A DNA stretch of 64,000 nucleotides from Ignavibacteria bacterium (GCA_016873735.1 VGWD01000010.1:235-64234), one strand, 5' to 3'; shown: positions 39,446 to 49,573, numbered from the stretch's first letter. Notes: generated from the letters alone by a model not told the origin. Program-made: numbers and translations.

Positions 39446-39805
39446 TTATATTGTGACATGCAATTCCTTTTCGATCGCTTCAACAAAGAGCTCTCTGGGT
39501 AAAGCACCCGGTGCCATTTTGGGATTTTCACCAACCGGAATGAACAGGAATGATGGAATGTTTTTTATGCCAAACATGGCTGACAATTCTTGTTGTTCAT
39601 CCGTGTTCACTTTATAAAACAGTACTTCTCCCTCATAGACATGTGATAACTCTTCGAAGATTGGAGCTACTGCTCTGCAAGGACCGCACCATGGTGCCCA
39701 AAAATCGATGATGCATGGAATGTCGGAAGCATAATTCCATTCCTTATTCTTCTCAAAATCAAAAATCAGTTCTTTGAAAGTTTCAAGCGTCATTTCTTGT
39801 GTCAT
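39446..39805 (-). CDS. trxA: Thioredoxin
   Basis: [23 protein letters not shown]. Confidence 0.93.
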   Translation of the reverse strand: MTQEMTLETFKELIFDFEKNKEWNYASDIPCIIDFWAPWCGPCRAVAPIFEELSHVYEGEVLFYKVNTDEQQELSAMFGIKNIPSFLFIPVGENPKMAPGALPRELFVEAIEKELHVTI

Positions 39806-41187
39806 GTTGTTGCATCCTTATCCGATAAAGAATCTACTATCGCACTCTTTTGTTGCATATAAACCAGGGCATCGGGTGAAATACGTGTTTTGCCGAGCAA
39901 ATTTGCAAATGCAACTTTAATCATTGAAGATATGACAAGTGCAAGAATGATTTTATGCATTGCAGTGTAAACCAAATGATTCAATGTTTCGGATTTTAGT
40001 ATAAAAGCCGAAATGAATATCATCAATATTGCAATGAGTGGTATGATCCCATACACTGTGACAATCTGCTGATTCATCAGTAATGAAAGCCCCTCGACCA
40101 AACGAGGTGCAATGCCAAATGCAGCAATGACAAATGAAGATGAAATCAAAATCCATTGAACCCTTTTTGATGAAACAAATCCATGAAACGAACCAATACC
40201 ATGCAATGCAATGAGGATGAAAGGAGGAAGAATACCAAATGAAAAGCCCATGAATGCATAAGCAAAAAGCAACCAACCACATGTCATCATGAAAGATATA
40301 CCCTTTTGCTTGTCCTTGATTCTAAATAATGATTGCATGCCTGACATTAACCCCACCACAAAAAACGGCATGAGAGCTGCGTCTATGATGAAGGTTTGAA
40401 TATCCATTGAAGAAGGCACATAATGCACTTGTTTAAGTGTATCAAGCATTTGAGACAAATACGGAAGATCCATCCTAAGAAACCAAGCATGACCGATAAA
40501 GAATCCGATGATGATTGATGGTATGATGAATCTCGCTTGTTGTGCTGAGGGTTTGCTCAATATGCCATATAACACAGCAAAGCACATGAATAACAAGCTA
40601 TAAGAGAAAGATGACAATATCAAACAGGTACATGCAATGGTCAAACCAATTGATACCAATACCCTTGCAATGAGTGAATGCAGTGAATCTTTGAACAATG
40701 GCAATATGCATGCGATGGAAATCAACAGAAATGTGATTCCCCAAATTTCGGGGCTGGCATGCCTTGCAATGTCATTCCAAATCAATGAACCGGCCAGAAA
40801 TCCTGAAGCATACATTGCATGATTGGATGTTCCTAGATTTCCTGCAATGATATACATTGCTATAAGTGAGAACATAGCCAAAATACATGAAAGAAATCGC
40901 GATGTTGGAAGTGTTTCGCCCATTACTTTAACCCAGGCAACAGTACCCCACATGGGCAATGGAGGATTGACGAATGGAGTTTCACCCAATGAGAGATAAG
41001 GGGCTTGATCGGTGAAAGCTCCCCATGAATCTGATTCTAAAGGAGTTGTTCCGAAAATTGAAAGAATACCCCAATGCAATGAAAAACGCTCCTCGGCTTT
41101 TGTCATTCCGGGAATATCAATGCGGAAGAAGCTCAGAAATGCTGAAATCAGTAGGAAAGCTATAATTGTATGTTGTCTGGATGTCAT
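39802..41187 (-). CDS. Polytopic GT-C-like glycosyltransferase (ArnT/PMT family), divergent
   Basis: [24 protein letters not shown] motifs and many TMs. Confidence 0.65.
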   Translation of the reverse strand: MTSRQHTIIAFLLISAFLSFFRIDIPGMTKAEERFSLHWGILSIFGTTPLESDSWGAFTDQAPYLSLGETPFVNPPLPMWGTVAWVKVMGETLPTSRFLSCILAMFSLIAMYIIAGNLGTSNHAMYASGFLAGSLIWNDIARHASPEIWGITFLLISIACILPLFKDSLHSLIARVLVSIGLTIACTCLILSSFSYSLLFMCFAVLYGILSKPSAQQARFIIPSIIIGFFIGHAWFLRMDLPYLSQMLDTLKQVHYVPSSMDIQTFIIDAALMPFFVVGLMSGMQSLFRIKDKQKGISFMMTCGWLLFAYAFMGFSFGILPPFILIALHGIGSFHGFVSSKRVQWILISSSFVIAAFGIAPRLVEGLSLLMNQQIVTVYGIIPLIAILMIFISAFILKSETLNHLVYTAMHKIILALVISSMIKVAFANLLGKTRISPDALVYMQQKSAIVDSLSDKDATT

Positions 41188-42337
41188 GTAAAGATCTCAT
41201 CTCCAAAAATTTCTTTGGAACAGAGGTGGAGTCTTCCTGCAATTTGAATTGAACGGGTTCCACTCTCGGTATTTCATAAATGCCATTATAAGCAAAAGTA
41301 CTGATAAAGATGATGAATGCAATCCAACCCAATATCTGTCGAATTAATCCTATAGGTTCACCCGGAACCGGAGGATGATCCAAGCGAATAAAAAATCGTG
41401 TAAAGAATGCCCAAAACAACCAACCGCTCCATCCGCCATATATCCATGGTGCATGAATTTTTATCCAAAGCAACATAGGGAGAAATGCATGCTGAATCAT
41501 CGTATAGATTTGATTGGGAGATTCAACCACGATTTGTTCATAGAACCAACCCAAAAAGGAACCCAATCCAAGTAGTATCATGGCATACCAAACAATTCTT
41601 GCAATGATTCTTTGTTTATCCCCAAACATGGCATAAGAGATATGTCCGCCATCCAATTGGCCAAGCGGCAAAAGATTGAGAGAAGTCACGAACATCCCGA
41701 ACCATCCGACACATAAAAAAGGATAATGATACATTTCATTCAATGGTGGAATATATGTTCCCGGTTCAACAAATAATACAATCAACCCTTTGTATATGAG
41801 CATGTCGCCAAAATACATTCCCCAATCAGGATAGATGATGACAGCATCTTTATAATCAGGATGAATCGAAAAGAGAGAATCAATGCCGGGGAGATTCAAT
41901 AGTCCATACATAAATATTCCCAGACATACCAAAAAACCGGCAAGCGGACCACTCGCTCCGATATCAAACAAGGCCTTTCGATTCGGGATCATGCCTCTTG
42001 TTTTGATATATGCGCCCAATGTTCCAAACAATGAAACAAACGGTATTGGTAATGGGATGAAATAGGGCAATGTTGCGTCAACACCATGATATTTTGCGGC
42101 GAAATAATGCCCGAATTCATGTGTGAGTAGGAATAGCATCAACAGCGATGCATATGTCCAACCATAGATCCAATTGGAAATTTCAACGGGGTTTTTTCCG
42201 GCCCATGCTGAACCAGCCATCATTGTAGAAGCAAAAGTAAGCACAAATAGTACCACATGTACAAAAAGCGAGGTTCTCTTCGCACCGGAATCATGCAGGA
42301 TGGATGTATATGATCTTTCTTCTGAAGATGTATTCAT
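41117..42337 (-). CDS. Site-2 protease family protein (M50)
   Basis: THEFGH, GTLGAYIK, DIGASGPLAG, NLLPLGQLDGGH. Confidence 0.92.
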   Translation of the reverse strand: MNTSSEERSYTSILHDSGAKRTSLFVHVVLFVLTFASTMMAGSAWAGKNPVEISNWIYGWTYASLLMLFLLTHEFGHYFAAKYHGVDATLPYFIPLPIPFVSLFGTLGAYIKTRGMIPNRKALFDIGASGPLAGFLVCLGIFMYGLLNLPGIDSLFSIHPDYKDAVIIYPDWGMYFGDMLIYKGLIVLFVEPGTYIPPLNEMYHYPFLCVGWFGMFVTSLNLLPLGQLDGGHISYAMFGDKQRIIARIVWYAMILLGLGSFLGWFYEQIVVESPNQIYTMIQHAFLPMLLWIKIHAPWIYGGWSGWLFWAFFTRFFIRLDHPPVPGEPIGLIRQILGWIAFIIFISTFAYNGIYEIPRVEPVQFKLQEDSTSVPKKFLEMRSLHDIQTTYNYSFPTDFSISELLPH

Positions 42338-42353
42338 TGTGATGGTGATGAGA

Positions 42354-43364
42354 TCATTGATGTGTTTCTGCTTTTCTTGTACGAATCATCAAGTCGGTGA
42401 TTGCTTGTGCGGGATCTTTCTGATGAAACAATATCAAATACATTTGTTCCACTATCGGCATGTCAATATGATATTTCTTACTCAATTCCCAAGCAGATTC
42501 TGTTGTTGTGACGCCCTCGGCAATCATTGTCATTTCTTCCAAGATTTCCGACAAATGTTTGCCTTTTGCAATTTGCTCGCCCACATATCTATTGCGACTA
42601 TGCCTGCTCGAGCAAGTCACATATAAATCACCAAGTCCGGAAAGCCCTGCGAATGTTCGTGGATTTGTCCCCATGGCCATACCCAATCGGGCAATCTCTT
42701 CAAGACCGCGTGTGATGAGGGCTGCCTTAGTATTATCACCCGTGCCAAGACCATCAATGATTCCTGCAGCAATGGCAATCACATTTTTAAGTGATCCACC
42801 AATTTCAGCACCGATTGTGTCATCGGATGTATATACTCTGAAATATTGATTATTGAATAGAGATTGCACATGCCGCGCCAATTCTGGATTCGCCGATGCA
42901 ACCATTACCGTGGTTGGTACTTTACGAACGGTTTCTTCCGCATGACTAGGTCCGGACAAAACCGCATAATGCATAGCATCACACTGTTTCACATCATTGA
43001 GAATGGAAGAAACTGTAAACAAACTTTGACGCTCAATTCCTTTTGAACCATTCACGATATATTTCCCGGAAAGCTCAAAACCATGTTCGGTAAGAACTTG
43101 CCGTATGAATTGTGTAGGAACAGTTATGATGATGGTGGAACAAGCATTGATGAGATTTGCTTCTGTTGTTGCAACTATGTGATCTGAAAGTGCGATGCCT
43201 GGAAGAAACACAGAGTTCGTATGTTGAGAATTGATCTTTGTTGCGGTTGAAAAATCTTTTGTCCAGAGCAGGGGAGAATGACCGTTCTCCGCAATAATAG
43301 ATGCCAGTGTTGTGCCCCAACCACCAGCGCCGATAATGCCTATGCGATTGTCCATAGTCTTCAT
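42354..43364 (-). CDS. gpsA: NAD(P)H-dependent glycerol-3-phosphate dehydrogenase
   Basis: GAGGWGT, SKGIE, SGPSHAEE, KNVIAIAAG, GLGDL, SRNR, EGV. Confidence 0.96.
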   Translation of the reverse strand: MKTMDNRIGIIGAGGWGTTLASIIAENGHSPLLWTKDFSTATKINSQHTNSVFLPGIALSDHIVATTEANLINACSTIIITVPTQFIRQVLTEHGFELSGKYIVNGSKGIERQSLFTVSSILNDVKQCDAMHYAVLSGPSHAEETVRKVPTTVMVASANPELARHVQSLFNNQYFRVYTSDDTIGAEIGGSLKNVIAIAAGIIDGLGTGDNTKAALITRGLEEIARLGMAMGTNPRTFAGLSGLGDLYVTCSSRHSRNRYVGEQIAKGKHLSEILEEMTMIAEGVTTTESAWELSKKYHIDMPIVEQMYLILFHQKDPAQAITDLMIRTRKAETHQ

Positions 43365-43367
43365 GAC

Positions 43368-44054
43368 TTATTTTTTACCAAATTTCAGCAATTGAAATTT
43401 GCTGAATTTACTTTCATTGCCATGAAATATTCGCGCTATATTTGAACGATGAGCATAAATGACAATCAATGATGTGGCAATTGTAAAGTAAATGATGATA
43501 TGATAACCGGGGATTTCAACGCTGAATACATTATGGCGCAAAAACATAGTCAAGGGAATCGTGATTGCAGCAATCATTGATCCCAAAGATACATACCCTG
43601 ATAGCATTACAACCAAGAGAAAAAGTCCAAATGCAATGGCAACTTCGGTGGGTGCGATTGCAAGTAAAAAGCCACCGCCGGTATTGATGCCTTTACCACC
43701 TTTGAAGCCAACAAATACAGACCAAATATGACCAATAACGGCAAATAAACCGGCTATCATCTTCATGACCGTAATGTCTTCAAATGGTGTACGATTTGTG
43801 AAAGCCATTTGGCCATCAAACAATACATTAACCAAAGACACTGCCAAAACACCTTTAAGGATGTCCAGGATTTGAACCAGCAATCCCGATTTCCAACCCA
43901 GAATCCGCATGGCATTCGTACTGCCCATATTTCCGCTTCCCTTTTTCCGAATATCAAATCCAAAAAAGGTTTTACTGATGATCACGGCACTCGGGAATGA
44001 TCCTAGCAAGTAGCTTCCAATGATAATCAAGAGTAATCGTATGATGGGGTCCAT
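43368..44054 (-). CDS. plsY: Glycerol-3-phosphate acyltransferase PlsY
   Basis: YLLGSFP, GSGNMGSTNA, DILKG, GH..F..FKGGKG, HRSNI. Confidence 0.95.
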   Translation of the reverse strand: MDPIIRLLLIIIGSYLLGSFPSAVIISKTFFGFDIRKKGSGNMGSTNAMRILGWKSGLLVQILDILKGVLAVSLVNVLFDGQMAFTNRTPFEDITVMKMIAGLFAVIGHIWSVFVGFKGGKGINTGGGFLLAIAPTEVAIAFGLFLLVVMLSGYVSLGSMIAAITIPLTMFLRHNVFSVEIPGYHIIIYFTIATSLIVIYAHRSNIARIFHGNESKFSKFQLLKFGKK

Positions 44055-44094
44055 AAACAAAGCAAATGAGTGTTTAAAGCTAGATCAACTCCTA

Positions 44095-44102
44095 CAAATA
44101 TA
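44095..44102 (-). promoter_or_regulatory. Putative -7 element TATATTTG upstream of the plsY operon
   Basis: Exact TAnnTTTG, 41 nt before the ATG. Confidence 0.55.
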
Positions 44103-44151
44103 GACAAAAATAAAACCATATTCGTCAACAAGCACAATGAACATATAAGGC

Positions 44152-44167
44152 ATACCCCATGGGGTAT
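44152..44167. promoter_or_regulatory. Perfect 16-bp palindrome ATACCCCATGGGGTAT, CsoR/RcnR/CstR-family operator-like
   Basis: Self-reverse-complementary; C-tract/G-tract flanked by ATAC/GTAT as in CsoR-family operators; 31 nt before the ATG of the ClpB fragment. Confidence 0.65.
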
Positions 44168-44198
44168 TGCAATCAACATTTAACAAGGAGAATGCACC

Positions 44199-45527
44199 AT
44201 GAGTGCGGAATCATCGGGTAATGTCACACGAAAGCGTTTGCTTGAGATCGAAAAGGAACTAGCTGATCTCAAAGAAAAGAAAAGTGCTTTGTATCAACGT
44301 TGGAAAGCAGAGAAAGAAAGCATCACCCGCATTCGCGAAATGAAAGCGGAAATTGAACAATTGCGAAACAAGGCAGCAGATCATGAGCGCAAAGGGGATC
44401 TTGCAAAGGTCGCCGAAATACGTTATGGCACAATCATGCAATTGGAGCAACAGGTCGAAACAGAAAATCAACATCTTGCTACTTTACAATCAACAGGAAA
44501 AATGCTCAAAGAAGAAGTTGATGCATCGGACATTGCAGAAATCGTTGGAAAATGGACGGGCATTCCGGTTCAAAAAATGTTGGAAACGGAAAGAACAAAA
44601 CTCCTCACGATGGAAGATCGCATCCATCAAAGAGTGATTAATCAAGCCGATGCCGTAAAGGCAATCAGCAATGCCATACGTCGATCAAGAGCAGGATTGC
44701 AAGATGCAAACAGGCCAATTGGTTCTTTTATTTTTCTTGGTACGACAGGCGTCGGGAAAACGGAGATGGCAAGAGCACTTGCAGAGTTTTTATTTGATGA
44801 TGAATCGGCAATGATTAGAATAGACATGAGTGAGTATATGGAAAAGCATGCCGTTTCTCGCTTGATTGGAGCTCCTCCGGGATATGTGGGTTATGATGAA
44901 GGCGGACAATTGACAGAAGCAGTTAGACAAAGACCATATTCCGTCGTGCTGCTTGATGAAATAGAAAAGGCACATCCAGAAGTATTCAATATTCTGCTGC
45001 AAGTGTTGGATGATGGTAGATTGACCGACAGTAAAGGAAGGGAAGTGAATTTCAAAAATACGATCAACATCATGACATCAAATCTTGGAACGGAGATTCT
45101 TCAAGATTCACTTTCCGATATCACTGAGAAAAATCGAGAGTCAATTCTCATGGAAGCCAGAACTGGCATAATCAACTTGCTCAAGCAAAGAATGCGTCCG
45201 GAATTTCTGAATCGGATTGATGAAATCATCTTATTTAAACCTTTGACCAAATCTGAGATTCGTCAAATCGCAGTACTTCAAATGAAGAAACTACAATTTC
45301 GATTGGCCAAGGATGATATCACTCTGAATGTTACGGATGACGCATTCGATGCAATTGTCCGACTTGGTTATGATGTTCAATATGGAGCAAGGCCTTTGAA
45401 AAGAGCCATTCAAAAATATGTTGCTGATCAATTATCCATGCATATTCTTGCAGGAGATTTTTCTTCGGGAGATATCATTCAATTGGACGCAGGTGAAACC
45501 GGTGCATTTGAATTCAATAAGGTCTAA
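44199..45527 (+). CDS. clpB: N-terminally truncated ClpB (end of M domain, NBD2 and C-terminal domain only)
   Basis: KRLLEIEKEL..AAEIRYG M-domain; GTTGVGKT, RIDMSEYMEKH, LLDEIEKAH, IMTSN, GARPLKR all intact; AAGGAG RBS at 44185-44190; in-frame TAA at 44181. Confidence 0.75.
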   Translation: MSAESSGNVTRKRLLEIEKELADLKEKKSALYQRWKAEKESITRIREMKAEIEQLRNKAADHERKGDLAKVAEIRYGTIMQLEQQVETENQHLATLQSTGKMLKEEVDASDIAEIVGKWTGIPVQKMLETERTKLLTMEDRIHQRVINQADAVKAISNAIRRSRAGLQDANRPIGSFIFLGTTGVGKTEMARALAEFLFDDESAMIRIDMSEYMEKHAVSRLIGAPPGYVGYDEGGQLTEAVRQRPYSVVLLDEIEKAHPEVFNILLQVLDDGRLTDSKGREVNFKNTINIMTSNLGTEILQDSLSDITEKNRESILMEARTGIINLLKQRMRPEFLNRIDEIILFKPLTKSEIRQIAVLQMKKLQFRLAKDDITLNVTDDAFDAIVRLGYDVQYGARPLKRAIQKYVADQLSMHILAGDFSSGDIIQLDAGETGAFEFNKV

Positions 45528-46195
45528 TCATTCCAAATGAATTCAAAAAGAAGTGATGAGGCGGCAATCATGATGCCGGCATAAGAGATAAGAACGATGA
45601 TTGTTGACAAAGCTTCCGAAACAGGAGCACCATGAAATGCCATCGATAATCCTTCCACCCCGAGCAATGCCGGAGGCAATACCACGGGAAAGGAAAGCAC
45701 GGGAAAAAGTGCTCCTTTCCCGTTTGCTTTTGCTATGATCGCAGCAATAGCAGTTATGGCTGAAGCCATGCAGATGCTCAACAAGATCACCATGATCCAA
45801 AAAAGACTGATATTTCCGACATTGATTGAAGGAAGAAAAAACAAGAATAGACCGGATCCTGTGAATGATAATGCAAGGGATAGAAAACACGTAAACAAGA
45901 ATTTTCCGAAAAAGACTTCGATCGGTGAGGAACTGAGTTTCAATAATAGGGAAGTGCCACGTTCTTCTTCCATGACAAATGTTCTCGAAAGACCGGTCAT
46001 GCTTCCAAAAAACAACACAATCCACAATAATGCAGAAGCAATATAATTATTGATTTGCTCTCCGGCTGTGGTAAATGCTATGGTGGAAATGGCTATCACC
46101 ATAAACAACAATAATGCAGACAATGCTATTCGAGATCGGAACTCAATTGCCATTTCTTTTCGAAACACTGCCATGCTTTTGTATAGAACATTCAT
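45524..46195 (-). CDS. ccmB: Heme exporter protein B
   Basis: FRKEMAIEFRSR, LWIVLFF, RTFVMEEERGT, LFPVLSFPVVLP. Confidence 0.9.
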   Translation of the reverse strand: MNVLYKSMAVFRKEMAIEFRSRIALSALLLFMVIAISTIAFTTAGEQINNYIASALLWIVLFFGSMTGLSRTFVMEEERGTSLLLKLSSSPIEVFFGKFLFTCFLSLALSFTGSGLFLFFLPSINVGNISLFWIMVILLSICMASAITAIAAIIAKANGKGALFPVLSFPVVLPPALLGVEGLSMAFHGAPVSEALSTIIVLISYAGIMIAASSLLFEFIWND

Positions 46196-46199
46196 ATTG

Positions 46200-47135
46200 T
46201 CAATCTTCTCTGCTTGAACATTGATCACAGCCATGATCTTTTGAAAAATTCGCATCTTCCATTTGCAATGTAATATGTTTTGTTTGATATCGATCAATCA
46301 ATACAATTCTCGCATCTTCCAATACTTTTGCATGAAAGTGCTGATCAGCAATGATATGTGCACTGATAGACAATTCACCGGGATGCATTTCCCAAATATG
46401 AATGTCATGTACGCTTAAAACATTCTGAACTTGCCGGAGCACTTCTTTGATATCATGTGATGTGATTCCTTGTGGAGCGCTATCCATGAGAATTACTCCT
46501 GCGGACCTAATCAATCGAAATGTACTGCGAAGAATATATATGGAAATACCGATTGAAAGTATGGCGTCGACGATATCCCATCCCGTAAAATGTATGATGA
46601 TTGCACCTAAGATCACTGCAATAGATGAAAGTAAGTCGGTAATCACATGTAAATATGCACTGCGCGTGCTGAGGTGATGTGCATCATGGAGCATATATGC
46701 ACTAATGACATTCGCAATTAAACCAATCACGGAAGTAATCAGCATTGGTTCTGCATGAATGTCGGCCGTATGAAACAATATACGCATGAACGATTCATAG
46801 ATCAAAAATCCACATATGCTAAGCAAAATGATTCCATTTATCATTGCAGCGAGAACTTCAATTCTCTTGAAACCGAATGTGAATCTTTGCAATCGTTCTT
46901 TATTTTGATTTGCATTTGCATACATCGTCAATGCAATCAATGCAATGATCAAGGCACCTGCATCCGAAAGCATGTGTCCTGCATCCGAAAGCAGAGCCAA
47001 ACTCCCTGACACATAGCTTCCTATCACTTGAGCGATAAAGATCGTGAGCGTCATTGCAATCGCAATTTTCAGAGCGCGTGTGTCTTTTATCGTATGATGA
47101 TGGCCATGCGAGTGTTCATGATGATGTGTATGCAT
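46200..47135 (-). CDS. czcD: Cation diffusion facilitator (CzcD/ZitB-like)
   Basis: His-rich N-terminus, LLSDAGHMLSD, TFGFKRIEVL, AYLHVITD, VHDIHIW, HITLQME. Confidence 0.9.
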   Translation of the reverse strand: MHTHHHEHSHGHHHTIKDTRALKIAIAMTLTIFIAQVIGSYVSGSLALLSDAGHMLSDAGALIIALIALTMYANANQNKERLQRFTFGFKRIEVLAAMINGIILLSICGFLIYESFMRILFHTADIHAEPMLITSVIGLIANVISAYMLHDAHHLSTRSAYLHVITDLLSSIAVILGAIIIHFTGWDIVDAILSIGISIYILRSTFRLIRSAGVILMDSAPQGITSHDIKEVLRQVQNVLSVHDIHIWEMHPGELSISAHIIADQHFHAKVLEDARIVLIDRYQTKHITLQMEDANFSKDHGCDQCSSRED

Positions 47136-47161
47136 ATTGGTTCAACGCAGGTGGTATTGAT

Positions 47162-47191
47162 AAAAAAGCCCTCGACCAATGGTGAGGGCTT
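47162..47191 (-). terminator. Rho-independent terminator of pckA
   Basis: AAGCCCTC/GAGGGCTT stem with an A6 run on + (U run on -). Confidence 0.85.
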
Positions 47192-47208
47192 ATTCAAATC
47201 TTTGCTTC

Positions 47209-48762
47209 TTATGCAAATTGCTGATAGTTGTTTTCGAACAAACCGACAAGATGCTTTGCTTTTGTATCATAAGCCGAGGGGTCGGACCATGTGTTTTTAG
47301 GATTAAGAATTTCTGCAGGGACATCAGGACATTCTTTTGGTATATGCAATCCAAAATACTCTTCTGTAACGAATTCAACATTATGCAGCTCTCCGGTCAA
47401 TGCTGCTCTCAATAATGCTCGGGTGTAAGCAATTTTCATTCTTTTGCCAACACCATATTCTCCGCCGCTCCATCCGGTATTAACTAGCCAAACTTGAGCA
47501 CCATGTGCATTGATTTTGTCTCTGAGAAGTTCGGCATATACTTTTGGATGATGAACCATGAACGGTGCTCCAAAGCAAGTACTGAATGTTGCAGTTGGTT
47601 CTTTCACCCCACGTTCAGTTCCGGCAACCTTTGCAGTATATCCCGATAGAAAATGAAACATTGCTTGTTCAGGAGTCAATTTTGCTATCGGCGGCATGAC
47701 GCCAAATGCATCGCAAGTCAAGAAAAAGATGTTTTTGGGATGACCACCTTTATTGTCTGTTACGATATTATTGATGAAGTCTCTTGGATAGGATGCCCGA
47801 GTATTTTCAGTAATGGAATCATCAAAGAAATCAACTTTTCTGCTTTCTGCATCCATCGGTACATTTTCCAAAATGGTTCCGAATGTACGAGTCATTTCAA
47901 AGATGATGGGTTCTGCTTCTTGCGAGAGATTGATCACTTTTGCATAACAACCACCTTCATAATTGAAAGTGCCTTTATCTGACCATCCATGCTCATCATC
48001 ACCAATGAGTGCGCGTTCAGGATCGGTGGAAAGTGTTGTTTTACCAGTTCCGGAAAGTCCGAAGAACAATGCTGTATCACCTTGATTGCCAATATTTGCA
48101 GAGCAGTGCATGCTCATCACGCCACGCAAGGGCATGAAATAATTCAATGCGGTGAAAATTGATTTCTTGATTTCGCCGGCATAATGTGTTCCGCCTATCA
48201 ATACCAATTTTTGTGAGAAATCCATCAGAATGAATGTTTCTGAGCGAGTGCCATCAATTTCCGGATTCGCTTTGAAATCGGGACAATGCAAAATCGTAAA
48301 CCCGGGTTCAAATGATTCTAGTTGTGTTTTATTGGCTTGAATGAACATGTTCTGTGCAAATAGATTATGCCATGCATATTGATTGACAACTCGCACGGGT
48401 AATGCATATTCAGCATCTGCACCTGCAAAGCAATCCTGCACGTAAACATCAGATCCTTGAAGATAGGCGGTCATGCGAGCTTTGAGGGCATTAAAGCACT
48501 CTTGCGGAAATGGTTTGTTTACTTTGCCCCACCACACATGTTCTTTGCTAGTGGATTCTTCCACCAAGAATTTATCATTCGCACTTCTACCAGTATGTGG
48601 AACCGTGATGGCAAGTAAAGCACCATGTTCGGTGAGTTCTGCCTCGGCATTGCTTATGGCATGTTCATACAATTCGGCTCGTGAAAGATTGTAAAAGACT
48701 TCATTCAAATGAGAAATTCCCTGACCATTAAGGGATTCTTTGATCTCTTCATTCGTTTTCAT
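47209..48762 (-). CDS. pckA: Phosphoenolpyruvate carboxykinase (ATP)
   Basis: TGRSANDK, YAGEIKKS, MHCSAN, FFGLSGTGKTTLS, IGDDEHGW, ENTRASYP, FSTCFGAPF. Confidence 0.97.
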   Translation of the reverse strand: MKTNEEIKESLNGQGISHLNEVFYNLSRAELYEHAISNAEAELTEHGALLAITVPHTGRSANDKFLVEESTSKEHVWWGKVNKPFPQECFNALKARMTAYLQGSDVYVQDCFAGADAEYALPVRVVNQYAWHNLFAQNMFIQANKTQLESFEPGFTILHCPDFKANPEIDGTRSETFILMDFSQKLVLIGGTHYAGEIKKSIFTALNYFMPLRGVMSMHCSANIGNQGDTALFFGLSGTGKTTLSTDPERALIGDDEHGWSDKGTFNYEGGCYAKVINLSQEAEPIIFEMTRTFGTILENVPMDAESRKVDFFDDSITENTRASYPRDFINNIVTDNKGGHPKNIFFLTCDAFGVMPPIAKLTPEQAMFHFLSGYTAKVAGTERGVKEPTATFSTCFGAPFMVHHPKVYAELLRDKINAHGAQVWLVNTGWSGGEYGVGKRMKIAYTRALLRAALTGELHNVEFVTEEYFGLHIPKECPDVPAEILNPKNTWSDPSAYDTKAKHLVGLFENNYQQFA

Positions 48763-48835
48763 GAGTTATGTCGCTGTCCGTGAAACAAGGGTATCGGATG
48801 GTAAGGCATGAATTTAACACAAAATCATGCACGCC

Positions 48836-48843
48836 CAAAATTA
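48836..48843 (-). promoter_or_regulatory. Putative -7 element TAATTTTG upstream of pckA
   Basis: Exact TAnnTTTG on the minus strand. Confidence 0.5.
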
Positions 48844-48910
48844 CGGAATTTGCATACAGAAATGTGCAAAAATGGAGGTGGTTTTTGAAGAATAAAGGTA
48901 GTTATCCACT

Positions 48911-49573
48911 TCAAGTCAAAATGGACAATTTATACCCCGTGCCGTGAATATTCATGATATGTATATCCTCATCCAATTGCAGGTATTTACGAAGCTTTGC
49001 TATATACACATCCATGCTTCTGCCATTGTGATATGAATCTTCCCCCCAAATGCGAATCAAAGCATCGTGCTTGCTCAATGGAAGATTCATGGATTCAGCC
49101 AACATACTGAGTAACTCGGCTTCTTTGGTGGTCAGGATGCGATGTTCACCCGCAAATGATAATACTCTACGTTCATAGTCAAAATCATAGGACCCTATTC
49201 TCCTGATGCCGGAATGTAGATGTGTTTTTGACAATCTCTTTTGGTATGTCTTTAATCTAAGCTGCAATTCTTCATTGCTGATTGATTCATCCAAGATATC
49301 ATCCACGCCGTTTTGAAGCATGACAATTCTGTTTGTTTCATCGCATGCGGAAGTGAGAATTATCAAGAACTGAATGCTGATATTTGTGGTCAATGACCTA
49401 ATAGAGGATGGATTTGGGGATTGTGTATGCCATATGGCAATATCAAATGATTTGCCATTCAATGATGATGATTGAATTTCATCTTCTGAGCATGGAGTCA
49501 ATTCCCATCCTTGTGAAACTATTCCGGAGGGAAATTCTTTATCATCTTGGGATATGAAGAGAATTCGTATCAT
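48911..49573 (-). CDS. OmpR-family transcriptional regulator with degenerate receiver domain
   Basis: Winged helix LTTKEAELL...IWG...RSMDVYIAKLRKYL intact; receiver has DIAIWH in place of the phospho-Asp; start moved from 49714 to ATG 49573. Confidence 0.85.
   Translation of the reverse strand: MIRILFISQDDKEFPSGIVSQGWELTPCSEDEIQSSSLNGKSFDIAIWHTQSPNPSSIRSLTTNISIQFLIILTSACDETNRIVMLQNGVDDILDESISNEELQLRLKTYQKRLSKTHLHSGIRRIGSYDFDYERRVLSFAGEHRILTTKEAELLSMLAESMNLPLSKHDALIRIWGEDSYHNGRSMDVYIAKLRKYLQLDEDIHIMNIHGTGYKLSILT

Noticed and set aside
45524-45527. Overlapping convergent stop codons (clpB fragment / ccmB; also coaD / ldcA at 12332-12334) as antisense regulation
   Set aside because: Common in compact genomes, with no further evidence of regulatory overlap
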